A stretch of 64,000 nucleotides of DNA from Auanema rhodensis (Eukaryota > Animalia > Nematoda), in the NCBI GenBank assembly GCA_964057225.1, contig OZ059900.1, forward strand, positions 7,006,001 to 7,070,000, given 5' to 3'. Both the position numbers and the translations under genes were made by a program. The stretch's first letter is position 1. The number at the start of each line of letters is the position of its first letter. Below, one piece after another: positions 1 to 13,605 of the stretch. Below the pieces are notes generated by a model. It was not told the DNA's origin. It saw nothing but the letters and a program-made list of their open reading frames with translations, and did not search any database.

Positions 1-816
1 CATCTCATATTTACCTATACATATACATACATACGCATCCATACAGCCTGCATCTACCATCATTCCTCTTCCGTTTTTGCTTGTTTGTCAAATTCGTTTT
101 CATCTTTCTCTTTCATTTCTGCAATTGTACTCTCCCTCTCCCCCGTCATCTTTTTCGATCATCAGCCATCATCATTTTCTTCAGGCCACTACCACCATCA
201 GCGTCGTCAACAGCTACCACCTTTCTACAACTTTCCACTGTTTAACACTCAACGCCCCTCCCTGCATACATACATATACATCTAGAGATTAGAGAGCGAG
301 TAGCAATATAGCAATTCGAAGAGAAGTAGAAAGCACGAGACATCGAAAGAACGAGAAAAAAACGAAAATACAGAAAAGGAAGAGAAAGACAGAGTTAGAT
401 ACCGAGACAGATAGAGTCATTACGAATTGTCTATTGCATCTGACGCCCACTAAACGTCCGTCCTCTCTCTTCTTCCACAGTTAGGGGCAGCTAGCTAGCT
501 AGAGGTTTCAATTAATTGCCTATCCTACATACATAAGCAACTTCAGTGAGGATCGAAGGCATCTCAATCAGCCAGTTTTTCATAACGTAAGCTCATATTT
601 AGCACAAGCCAATTATAATTCATGCTATAATTTCAGTGATAACAGTCGCAAATTTCATTTCTCTATTCATTGTTGATATTCAGCTATATCATATAACTTC
701 TATTTGTTGTTGTTAACAGCTATTATTACATTACTTAGGAAACAGTCTACATTATTTCTGCCGTTATCCACTAGAATTATACAGAATACTATTATATTAC
801 TTTAATATTCAATATA

Positions 817-2578
817 ATGTATGATTCATCACCACGTCAAAAACAGTCATCGGAAGCGTATGGCTATCAAGATTCATACTATACAACAGCTCCTCGACAG
901 CCTCGTACTCGATCGCAAACACGTTTAAATTCCGAATTTGCACCAAATGCTAACGACTATCCAGTGTATAGCCAATCATCTAAGTCATTAGATAAATCAC
1001 AAAGGTAGTTCCGTTTCAATCTTTCTAAACAGTTATTTTTCAATATTTTTTCAAAAAAATTTCGATTTGCGTTTCTTTCAAGTCTACCGCTTTATTGTAT
1101 CGAAATTAATTTAAACAAAAGCTTCTTTGCTGCCTATCATCGCAAAGTTTTCATGATCATTTTATGGAAGAAAGTATAATAATTTATGATAGAATATCAT
1201 TGATAATTATACTCATTTACATTGAACTGTCGGTGTTTATTTATTGCTTTTTCTTTTTTATGAAGAATTTTATGCCAGCATCCTAGTTTTTTCTTCTATT
1301 GTTTGTCGCAAACTGGAAAACTATATATACGATGTATGTTATTCTCTCGTAGAGAAAATGAAAAAATCGTAGAGTTCATTATCTTTTGTCTCTAAGTATC
1401 ATTGATTATACTTTCAATATGAAGAAATTCGTAACAAAAATGAGAAAAAATTTGCAATTACTCGCTGAATTTTACTTTTTATTTTAATTTTAGAGCTCGT
1501 TCTCTAGATGCAGTACGTGGAGCAGCTTCACAAGAAGATATAGGCAGACAGATTAGTGGGCCACGTGGTAATAATGGACCACAAGGTGGTGTAACTATTC
1601 CAATTCGCATTGAACGTGGACCGGCAAGAACATTCGACCAAGATCGTGAGCGTGATCACCGCAGAGTTGAAAACAGTCAAAACTATAATGCTGGATATAA
1701 TATTGGATCAAGACGTCCAACTGCTGAAAATAATCCATACCAGCGACAAGGTCATCGTGCATATGATGATCCTTCTCCAAGAAGCTATGATGATTCTATG
1801 ATCATGAAATCGTCAAGAAATTATGATTCACCTTCGATGCCAAGAATACAAAGACCTCATCCAGATGACACAGCTATTCTGAAGCCGCGAGGTTTTGAAG
1901 AATCCGCAGTTCAATCACATGGTCGCTACTATGAAGATGATGTTGCTATGAGAGCACCAAGAGGATATGATGATGGATATATACCACGTAGCCAACGGAA
2001 TTATGATGACGCCCCAATGATGCGACGTGAATGGAGCAGTAGTTTAGATCGATTGGATCGTCGTATGCAAGATTCGAGGTATTAACTACTTTTTAAAATT
2101 TTTATTCAAAACATTCTTTTGCAGCAAAAGATCACCAAATATGCTTAATCGTTCATATGGCAATGCTCGCGATTTCAAGCTTGATACCAGACCATCTTTT
2201 GGACCTCGCTACCCAGCTGGCTACAAAGAGAGTGGTGGTGGTGGGCAGGGATACCGTCAACATTCCAGCTACCACTATGAGTCAGGCGGTGGACCTACAT
2301 CACATGGAGCCATGGTATCACAGCCACCATCTCCTCATCGTCGCGGCATAATTAGTCAGCAGCCACAAGCGATGAATACAATGGGTCGTCGTACTGCGGG
2401 TGGACATGAAAATATGATGATTACAAGCTCAAGCGGAGCTCATCATCATCAACAACAGCAGGTAGGGCTTCATCCACGAAAATATCACCGCGTAAAGTGT
2501 TGCTGTTTTTCATTCACTTGGCCTCTATGGAGCTACGAGCCCACAACACCACCACAACCTATCTATCGAAACATTTAA
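817..2578 (+). CDS. Uncharacterised low-complexity protein (about 408 aa, 3 exons: 817-1004, 1494-2078, 2125-2578) with R-x-Y-D-D repeats and a C-terminal KCCCFSFTWPLW motif
   Basis: ORFs 817-1008, 1798-2085 and 2141-2578 join in frame through two GT-AG introns (1005-1493 and 2079-2124, both phase 2). Exon 2 is open from 1494 into the 1798 ORF. Coding-like GC content. No family recognised. Confidence 0.85.
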
Positions 2579-4650
2579 ATAATGAGCTTATTTCATGGAA
2601 AATTGGAAAAAATTTTTAACCAACTTCCAAGGTTTATCTCTATTATTTCACAAAGCAAATATCTCTTTCAATTGAAAGCTCATCATTAGCCAATTTTTGG
2701 AAACATTTTGAATATTTTCTCATACTTCACCAGCATTTATAACAAATTTTCCTCAACTTAGTCTTGCCAGACGATTTGAAGACAACATATAATCGATAGA
2801 TATCGGCATTAATTTTTAAATCCATCATCCGAAAGATATGATTCCTTTATTAATGACTATATTAAATAATCAGCCATAGATATACGATAATCTGATAATA
2901 GTTTACATTAATCATTTTTTCTGTGAAACTACATTTTGAATGTTTTTTTTTGTTTCTTCTCTTCATATTTTTCAATTTGTTGTGACATTTTTTTTCTTAG
3001 AACTTTCATGCATTGTTTCATATTGAATTACAGTATATAGTATATAGTATACATATAATATATAATTTACTACAACCATAAATAGAAAATATTTTAATAA
3101 ACTGATTATAAGCAAGTGTTCTAGAATAATTAAGAAACATAGCAAAGAAAGCTCAAAAACAAAAAAAACACATATGAATTGTCGTTTAAGAAACAAACTC
3201 GAAAATGTTTTATATTTACATGATTTTCAATAGAAATATATTATATTATGTGATTATATATCATAATATTTATATATAAACAGATTATAGCTATTTTAAC
3301 GATTTTATCATCATGAAAGAATTATTTTTTTAGTTTTTTTATTTATAGCGCAATTAATTGAGATACATATGTAGTTTGACACAGTACTTTAATGTATTTA
3401 TGGGAAACAAAATAATTGGACAACACAATTAGACGATAATTATTATTTTTTTGATTCTTTGCTCTTTTATTTCTTTTTTTTGCTCTCAGCACGATATATT
3501 TGATCTTTGCTACCTTTGTCAAAGACAAACTACTACTTTAAGAATATATTTGACCTATATACAGGAATTCATAGTACACCTGCCATAAATTAGAATAAAA
3601 TTACTCTTCAATTATTAATTCGACCTACTTTATAAAAAATGACAACATTCATGAGCCTTTGGCATGACCTACAAGAGCCTAATGATCATTGAGCAGATGG
3701 TAACACTACCTTTCTGGGATGCCTACATTTTCTTAGTCCCATCAGTTGGTGCTCGATACTCCACCTCAGATGGTGAGCTAGAGAAGTACTCTCTTTCTTC
3801 CTTTTTTTGTTTCTATAATCTTTACTTTTTTTTATATTCGATGCTCCGGAGAAAGATTATATACCTTTTCTGAATGACAGTTATTATTTGTTTCTTTTTT
3901 CTTTTTATTATTGAATTGTATAAACCCTCATTTCTAGTTAAAGAAACAGTTGGGGTGTAATCTTCTTCACCTCATTCAATAAACATTCTCCAATTTCCTT
4001 TTACTCTATTTTGTCATCATTTTTTCTAAGCATTGAATGACGTGACGTCCATCGAAAGGGCGACAACGACGATCGTCAATCAGCTCAAGAAGGTTTAGTT
4101 GGTCATTCGGCTCGTGTCCTGTCCGTCTCATCGCTTTGTTGCTTGCTCTGTTATGCAAATATAGGAAAGGAAATATTTGAAGACTTTCACGGCTCATCCT
4201 TTTCATTAGCTTCTAGACCCAGCCGACAGTATACTATGAGATGACTTTTCTACAAAGTTATCTTTTCACTTATCTTTCTGTTTCATACTTTGTGTGTTTT
4301 TTTATCTAGCCAACTGTTAAGTACTTGGATTCTGTCAGATTTTGTGCATGTAATTCAATCACCTCAAAACTGCTTTAATACATAAGCTGGTACAGTAAAC
4401 AATACGTACAAACAGATTGTTTTTCTTGTTTAGTCTTCTTAATGAAGTTTACATCTATTGACCTAACAATAAGCCTTCTCATTTTTTAAATTTAACCTAA
4501 CCGCTTTTCTAATTTCTTGTTTTTCTCAAGTTGTTCATATTTTCTTTTCTCTCTCATTCTTTGATCTGAAAAAAAGTTTTCAAACGAGTTCGCGTTTGAT
4601 GTTTATGTCAATTTTTGATTTGAATAGTGTAAATTTGGTATTTACTAATA

Positions 4651-4658
4651 TTTTTCAG
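4651..4658 (+). promoter_or_regulatory. Candidate SL trans-splice or 5' UTR acceptor (TTTTTCAG) 12 nt before the cht-1 ATG
   Basis: Consensus nematode acceptor preceded by an AT-rich, T-rich stretch; no upstream coding exon is needed. Confidence 0.5.
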
Positions 4659-4670
4659 ATAAACCAGGTA

Positions 4671-7373
4671 ATGAAATTACTTATATTGTTTACAAACCTA
4701 GTTTGTATATATTGCTATTATGGAACTATGAGAAATAGTATGTTTTAAAATTTTTATCGAGTCTTATCACAATATTGCAGATCCTACCATTGTGGTAGAG
4801 GAACAACAAGCATTGGATTTGCCTAGCAACACAAAAACAGATTATGTTAGAGCTTGTTATTTTACAAATTGGTCTCAATATAGGTATGCTTCTTGAAATT
4901 TTACAAGTTGCGAAAATTGCAATATTCTTTTAGACAAGGGCGTGGAAAATATGTACCAGAAGATTATATACCGGGATTATGTACACATATTTTGTTCGCA
5001 TTTGGATGGATGAATGAGGATTTTACTGTTAGGTGATTAATTAGCATAATTATTTCGAAATTACTAGAGTAAATTGAAAATTAGAATTTAAAAAATATGA
5101 AAATACTAATAAATAGTAATTGACAATGAGATTATAGAGCTTTTGACCCAGCTGATCTACCAAATGATTGGGCTGGCGAAGGATTGTATCGGCGTCTTAA
5201 TAACATGAAACGTGTAGATACTAACTTGAAGACTTTGCTCTCAATCGGCGGTTGGAGCTTTGGTACTCGTCTTTTTAAGGTAACTTTTATCTAACATTAA
5301 ACAAATATTAAGAAAAAATAACTATTTATCTTTTTATATTGAACATTTCCAACCATTTTCCGTCTTTTTTTTCACTTTCAATGCGTCACTTATGTTATTT
5401 GCTTTAGGATATGGCGAAATCGGCTGCATCACGTAAAGTATTTATTGACTCTTCCATACAATTTGTTCGTAAATGGAACTTTGATGGTATCGACATTGAT
5501 TGGGAATATCCAGCTGGACCAGAAGATTTCAAAGATTTTGCTCTTCTAGTGAAGGCAAGCTTTGAATAAAGTTTTTACAATGATTTTTATCAATTTTTTT
5601 AGGAAATCAAAGAAGCTGCTGTTGCTGAAGCTAAAACATCAGGCAAAAATGTTCTTCTCATAACAGCTGCTGTTTCAGCTAGTAAGGTAACTATCGACAA
5701 TGGATACGATGTACCAGAAATTTCACTGTAAGTTTCTTAGATCGCTTATCAATTTTATTTTTCAAAAACTCTTTGCAGCTATTTTGATTATATCTTCTTA
5801 ATGAATTATGATTTCCATGGAGCATGGAGCACTGATATTGGTTTCAACTCTCCACTCTATTCTCGTCAAGGTATGAAGCCTGGTGAGGAAGTCTGGAACA
5901 TTGTATGTTGACCATCTATCAGTTTTTTTCAAAAAAATTTAAATTCTCAGGACTTTGCTGCAAAATACTGGAATCAGAAAGGAATGCCAAAAGAAAAAAT
6001 TATTGTCGGAGTTGCCACATACGGAAGAGGTATTTAATAAAAATAGGACCTGATTAATGATCTGCTTTCGCAGGATGGACTATGAAAGATCCCAATAACG
6101 CCAATCCGGGTGCTCAGGGATCACCAGCACGTGTTACACCATACACACAAGAAGCTGGTGTTGCATCTTATTACGAAGTAAACTAATACATTTTGAATCA
6201 TTCAAGACTTTTAATTTAGTTATGCGATATGTTGTCCAAAGGAGCTAAGAGATATTGGCACGACGAGCAGAAGGTACCATATCTGATTGATGGCGACCAG
6301 TTCTGGGGTTATGACGACAAGGAATCTGTACAAATCAAGGTTTGAAGTAAACAAGCATATACCAGACTAACAGCATTATTCGTAGATGGATTATATAAAA
6401 GATCAGCAGTTCGGAGGTGCTTTTGTTTGGACACTTGACTTTGACGATTTCAATGGTCAATGTCCACTATCAGATGGGGAACAGTATCCCCTAATAGGAG
6501 TTATTGCTAAAGAATTGGCGGGAATAACCATTCCAAGAGTGAGAACTGGTTTATCTGTTTTATATTAAGCAAAAAACATTCAGAAAACTGTCCCAACCAT
6601 TGCTCCAACTGCTGTACCAACCATCCCAACCGTACCAGTCACAACTCAAAGACCTTCAACTCCTATGCCCACTGTTGGACCTGTACGTTGGAAACATTTC
6701 ATTCATAGCTTACGTAAATAACTATTCTAGATTATAACCACAACAACTGCTGCTGAGAAGAACATTTGTAAAGGAAGGCCCGAAGGATTTTCAGGGGATT
6801 TGACAGACTGTCAACAATTTGTTCTCTGCTTATTGGGTATTGGAAATGATAGCAATATTTCATTATTTTAAAAATAATTTTCCAGATAAATCATACAAAA
6901 TGCGTTGTCCACTTGGTTTACACTTTTCTCCAAGTCGTAAGTACTGTGTGCTCAAGTCTGATTCTGATTGTGTTGATGCTTCACCACCATCTACTAAAGC
7001 ACCTACACCGACTACAACCACAACTCAATCAACCATTATCACAACCCAAGCGGGATCAACTGTTTCAACTGGAGGTAAAAGATACATATTATTGATTGAT
7101 TAATTTCTTTTAAATTTTCATTCAATTTCGTATATTCATCAAAAATTTAGGCTTTGTTTGTTCCGGTGATGGATTTTACGGAGATCCAAGCAATTGCGCC
7201 AAATTTTTCAGATGCGTTAACGGTCTGAAATATTCATTCGAATGTGCCAGCGGTAAATACAAAAAGAAACTGGAAACAAATTAATAACGATTATCTATTT
7301 AGGTTTATCATTCCATAACGATTCTCTTATGTGTGATCATCCAGATCCATCTAAATGTGCTCAACCTCTTTAA
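4671..7373 (+). CDS. cht-1: Secreted GH18 chitinase with T/P-rich linkers and two C-terminal CBM14 (peritrophin-A) chitin-binding domains
   Basis: Signal-peptide-like [18 protein letters not shown] (exon 4671-4737). Motifs [37 protein letters not shown], catalytic [11 protein letters not shown] (5480-5512), [10 protein letters not shown] and [13 protein letters not shown]. Two six-Cys modules ending [23 protein letters not shown]-stop (TAA 7371-7373). Many 40-50 bp introns. Matches my recollection of C. elegans CHT-1. Confidence 0.93.
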
Positions 7374-10300
7374 TATGTTATCAATATTAACTATAATAAT
7401 CACATGTGTAAATAAACATTCAAACCATATTTCATTTACTATTCTTGAATCACAACTGCACCGCGTCACAATCAAGCAGTGAAAAACGGAATTGGTCAGT
7501 TGGCTATCTGTGCATTAGTATCATTTAAAAATTACAACAATAGTAGTGCTTTTATGAGTTGTTTGAGATGATATTTGGTTTATACACCTAGCTTTATTAT
7601 TGTCACGTGTTTCTAAACTTTGTTTTTTTCTCAGTGCAAACATTTTATTAATGTTTCAATTTTCAACTCCAATGTTTCCAATGATAACCGAGTTTTTTTT
7701 TTTTTCAAAAATTAGGTTAACATGTTATGGCAAAGAAACCCCTTTTGAGCTAGTTTCCTATAATTTTGCAATGAGTTAATTTGGTGTTTCATTGTGAGTC
7801 CGGTGAGGTAGCAAGAGTTAGCATTTGGTTTGTTATTTTCCCATTTTCATATAGCACTTTTTGTTTCTTATATTATCTCTAATAATTGCACTACACTAAG
7901 TGCCAATCAAACGGAAACTCGTGAGGTAACAACTTTTGTTTTCAATTTCCAGTTCTTGTAAAGAACATCTGATTTTCTCTCTCTCTCTCTGAGAAAAAAA
8001 AACAAATTTTTAGCATCTGGCAAAGTATTCACGCTCAAGAGATGCAAATATTTCTGCGATTCTTCAGTTTAGCTTGAGGATACTGCTACAACGGTACTAC
8101 TTTGATGCGGTTCTAGTTTTTTCTTCTAGTATTCAGACATCTCATTTTAATAATTTCAGAATAGAAAAATCAGTGGGAAACAATGGACGTGCATGCTACT
8201 GAACTAATAAGTCTCAATAAAGGTTGGAAGATGAGAAATAAAATCATATTCACGAAATTTCATTATTTTCTTAATCTTTTAAACAACGTGAGAAAAATGT
8301 AGGAGAAGGTTGAAAATCAGGATTATGCACATATAGTTTGCTATCCACACATTGGTGAACAATTTTAACACATAGTAAGTTTTTAGGCATATTTCGATGG
8401 CATTAACATCAAATGAGAATAGGTAGCTCATTTTGCAAATTTTTTTTCTTCACACTGAAGTGCATTTGAGTCAGTTTTATCTACCAAAAAACTAAGTGCA
8501 ACACTAATTCGAATGTCTTTGTAAGTTTTCAAATGGTAAGAAATATTCGTTAATGCGTAAAATAGCTTTTAAACTAGCTAAAATGCCTGTAGTAACAGTG
8601 AAGAAGCTTTAAAATAACATAGCTGGTTTAATTTATTTGAAGAGCATTGATCATGTAAATCAAAATGTTCTTTAATATAAGTGTGACCCAAGCTGTTGAA
8701 TCTAGTTGTCAGCATCTCTCGGTTTCATATGAAGGTTATTCCGATTAGGATATTCAGTTTCGAATTCGTTTGTATTCTTGTATTGAATGTGTTTATCGCT
8801 CTGGTGGTTTCCATGCAAACCCCAAGAGATACGCCAAGTATTTCCGTTGATTCAAAGGTGTTAAGTTCTAGTTCCATTGTGGCCCCAGCATGATTACCAT
8901 TACCAATTAGTTAACGAAAAAATTAAATTCTATAGTATAAGATATTTTTAGCAATGTTAAGCTTTTTAGATATTTTTGGATAAAGATCATCTTATAGTTA
9001 AGACAAAAACAATATATATGCATTACTGAGAATTTAAAAACGGAAAGTTTTGAGAAAATTATGTAGGATTTTGATTTCTTCAATCTTTTTTCCGATAATA
9101 TCTGTATTTTTTTCTGAGTTCTGGGAATCAATTTTAAAAAATGCTTTTGATATTTTGAAAAAAAAATTGAAAATTGAAAAAAATATACTATGAATTATAC
9201 TAATTTCGTGGATATTTAATTATTTTTTCACGTTGCACTGGGATAACTTCAAAACATAAATTGCTCTACTTCATATATTATAGTAAATGGCTTAGTAATT
9301 TGTTTAAATTATTGGAAAAACGCGAAAAAATCAGTTTTCATACCATCAGAAAAAGACAAATGACATAACTTGTTTTTGAGGATATATTTCAGCAGCATTT
9401 TTTGCATTGAAAAACATTGAGCGGATCCGAAAACTCAAAACATACCGAGAAAACCTAATTTTCGCTAAATTCTCAATTCTCTTTTATTCTTTTTTGTTTT
9501 CTCAGTATTTATAAAACTGAAATAGCACATTGGGAGCAAAGTAGACGTTTACTGCAGTCTTGAGAACGTGTATTCTATCACAATTCGTTTTCAGCTATTT
9601 CTCTTTTGATTCCGTTAAATATTAATTCCTGTGTGAAAGTAGCCTTTCCGACCGGAATAGCATTTTCGCTTTTACTAGAAAAAGATCTGATAATATTAAT
9701 TTTACATTAGAGAATCATTACAGAAAAAAATTCGAAGAGGCTACAAAAACCAAGAATATCCAAAAAAAGAATTTAATGCAATTATGCTCTATAAGTAAAA
9801 ATGTTCTTTTTTGATTTGACATATTTGCTAACCTTTATCCGCACTCACATATATTTAAAAATGAAGCTCAAAATATTATAATTTATTCTTTTTATAGTTA
9901 TATATTAGCATGCAATCGTATTATTTCTGATGCATATCCGACACATTTGTTGTTATGAAGTAGCAATCGTCAGATTCTTTAAAGGTTGCATAATACTTGA
10001 CGTACACATTGTTGTTGAGATACAAAAGAAATAATATGTAATATGCGACCTTTAATTAGATAATATGTTTTTCATCATTCATATTTGGGAAATGATAAAA
10101 AGATTTATATTAACAAACATCAAAGAACAATTGCAAGAGTATTTGCAAGCTTTGTAGTGGAAAACAATTTATAGGAAAACCATGTTTCACTTTTCCTTCA
10201 TATCCGGAAAAGAAAAAAAAAGAATATAAAATGTGGCTCAAAGATCTGGACAATCTGGTAGTTAGAGAAAGGAAGAGAGGAAGAGGAAAAAAGAATGAGA

Positions 10301-13300
10301 GAGAGAGACCTTTCGTTTCGTATTTCCTCAGGCTTCCTGTGTGAGTTCTTCGATTTTGCTCAACCACTCTACGTCATTTCGGGAAATTAAATTTGAAAGA
10401 ATGGAATTCTTTTGAAACACTTCAATTCATTGTGTTCTTCTATCTTCTGGAAAATGTTGTCTAATGTTGTGCTATATTGATTATCTAACACTGACCAATG
10501 ATTAACAATAAACATCATAATGAACATGATGATATTTATAGTTTGATCAGAGTACAACATGTTTCGCTGACGCAAGTTCATATTTTGCTCTTTGCTATAA
10601 TTCATGTTTCTGTCTTGTTTACACAAAACATTGATGAACATTCTTCAAAAACAATGCCATCATATTTGATTTTCATGTTTGTTCTCATTTTTCTCAACAA
10701 TCTTCTATGGCAGCTCTTGTTTCCTTTTTGTATTGAAGGTTTTTTTTTACATTTAAATATGAAATAAATTGTCATCTTGTATTGAAGCTCTGTTTTAATC
10801 TCAATGTTTCTGATGAAAGTGTTTAAGGTGCTTTGTTCATTAGGCTTTCTTCCGCAAAAAATATGAAATTGAAGATAAAAGTTGTATAAAGCCAATTCAA
10901 TAAGATAAGAATGATACTGATATTCAAAAATTGATAGGAGAGATGAGCATGAAACAATGAAAGCAGTTTGAGAGAGAAAGAGATTAATCATAGTTTCAAC
11001 ATGAGCTGATAATATTACTTTTCCCTATACTCGGAACAAGTAAATGCTATCGCCTTATTAATTTATTGTCATCGGACTTCATTAAAAAGTGTTGCACGAT
11101 GTAATGCAGCTAGGTTAGGAATTCAACAATCTTATGAATGTATGCTCTCCCCTTCTACTAAATTTTTTTAATACATTCGAATGTTCTATTTCAACAGGTT
11201 TCAGTCAGATCATACTTCATCTCATATTTTGAAAAATATTTATTTTCATTTTTATCTCAAAGTAATATGCCAACATAACTATATAATAAAATGAGTACTT
11301 ATTCTAAGCGTATAGTTTTCAAAAAAATGCATTTTTTTATGGAACAAGTAAAAATAATAAATTGGATATTATATTAGTTATAAACAGGATTGGATATACA
11401 ACCTGTGTAGCATAGTTATTTATTCAAACATTATTAACAAGATATGTTTATGTATATTTTTCTATATTTCATAGCCTATACATGTATACATGCCCACATG
11501 TGTCTTATTTTCATATTTCTATGTTTTCAATTTTATTATATTTCTTATATATGTATTAGGTGTTCTTTTTATCCTAGTCTATACATACCCAGTCTTTCCC
11601 ATTAAGCCGTATTGCATCATCTTTTTTGCTTTTCCAACATTTGGTGTCTATTCATTCACACATGATATTGAAGCCAATACCTTTCATATCATATCCAACA
11701 TCCTAACACTTTTATTTATTATTTGATCGTGTTTTTAACTTGTATTATATCATTCGTTGAATGACGTTTGCACACAAGCGAATAATCAGAAAACGGTTTT
11801 TTGAGACAAAACAAACCAATATATGCAATACAATACATTTTTTTTGAAAAATTGGCTCAGTCAACTTGAATGATGAAGAGAAATGATAGAATAACGAGAT
11901 ATATGAGAAGAAAATGAGAAAAACAGAGCCAAACTAGAAGAAGTTCGCATCATAAAATATTGTGTTTTAAACTACATCATTAAGCAGATTGACATGTGTT
12001 TATCATCATCATTTTTCTATTTCATTGTATTTCTTTTCTCTTGAAACATGAAATAATCGAACAACAATTTCAATAACCAGATTTCAGCTCAAACAGCAGT
12101 AATTTCGTCTATTTTGTCTTCATTTTTCTCTTTTCTGTATTATTTTACAGTTATGAAATCGTTTCCCTATTCCTTTTTTATGTTTTGAACATTTTTGATA
12201 TAGTCTCGTCGTGAATTAACTAGGCAAAATAATTAGAAAACATGAAGATCAAATTGGTTTTGAAGCAAACAGTTAAAAAACAATCTCACAATTTTGTCAT
12301 ATTAACAGCCGGTAATATCTAATACAAAAGGTATTGATGATCATATCAAATAATTTCTTCTTTTTTTTTGGCTGTTAAACACAGCATTTATTAGGAAAAA
12401 GAATGGCTAGAAAAGAGAGTATAAGAGAGCAGAAGCACAAGAGAGGCCGAAGACACATAGGATGAGAAAGAATGAAAACGAAGAGCAAAAAAAGAAAATG
12501 ACAGAGAAAGAGACTAGTTACCTTTTGTCAATATAATTTAAACTCATCTTAATTTCACTCCATCATTGTCAGTCCATATAATGAATAAAAATATAGCTGA
12601 GAATAGATGGAGAAGAAGAATTGTTCGCAACAGGTTTCACAACCGCGGCTATGATTAACTGTTCCCCCTTAAAACAGTCATAAGAGTTAGAAACACCGCA
12701 AAAAGGAATAGATACTAAAGATTGCAAGAAAGAAAGAGAAAGAGGAAGAGAGAGAGAGAGGGAGAGAGAGAGAAACAAGTACGAGATAACTCATGACTAA
12801 TACGAGAAAATATGAAAGGCGTCATTGGAGAATCAGATAGACGATAGCACATTATGCTGTTATACTAAAAAGAAAAACCGTCCATGACTGCAGCCAGTGA
12901 AAATTTTTGAAAACATAACAGAGAAAAACGTGATATATAGTCAGGAATGTGAACTAATTCAAAAACATATCGTAAGTAGATGATTGGTATGATTGTCACT
13001 ACTCCTCCTTTCAACCCATATTTTTTCAACTTTTGTCTGTTCTCTACCAAAACTTGGTGACAACGACATTACGTATACTATCTTTTGCCATAGCAGTTGT
13101 AACTCTATGTTGCATTTTGTCATATATAATATTATAGATTAATCTCTATTTAGTTACACATACAGGTCATGAGAGAAACTTAATAAAGAAGACAAACAAA
13201 ACAAACTGCGACTGAAAAAAAGAGAAGAAATGATGAAAAAATGAGAGAAAAATTAATTGAAAAAAGAAGAAAACGATGCGAATAACTTTCATCTCATTCT

Positions 13301-13434
13301 ATCGCAATAAACAATTTTCAATCACGATGATATAATAATTTAACCAGCAACTTCATCTTGTGATAACTTTCACACATCTTTTTTTCTTGTCTTTTTCATT
13401 AAAAAAAGTTTTTTCCATAATATCGCTCTAATAC

Positions 13435-13605
13435 TAACCGCGTCGCTTGTGCATTGCGAACGGTTGTAGGCGTGTCTAGTACGGAGAGCTACGAGGAGAA
13501 CTAGACGAATGAAAGATATTAACTCTGAACACAACATCAGCATCCCCTGCGGGGTGGAACGCACTTACACCGAAAAATCTGAACGTGGTGCGCGCCGCTC
13601 GTTCA
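13435..13605 (+). promoter_or_regulatory. Putative kin-29 promoter region
   Basis: Locally GC/CpG-rich island sitting at a switch from purine-rich (12400-13280) to pyrimidine-rich (13606-14010) plus-strand sequence, about 1.5 kb upstream of the kin-29 ATG. Inference only. Confidence 0.4.

Noticed and set aside
8696-8910. GC-richer patch with short ORFs on both strands
   Set aside because: Neither translation resembles a known family and I found no supporting splice sites.
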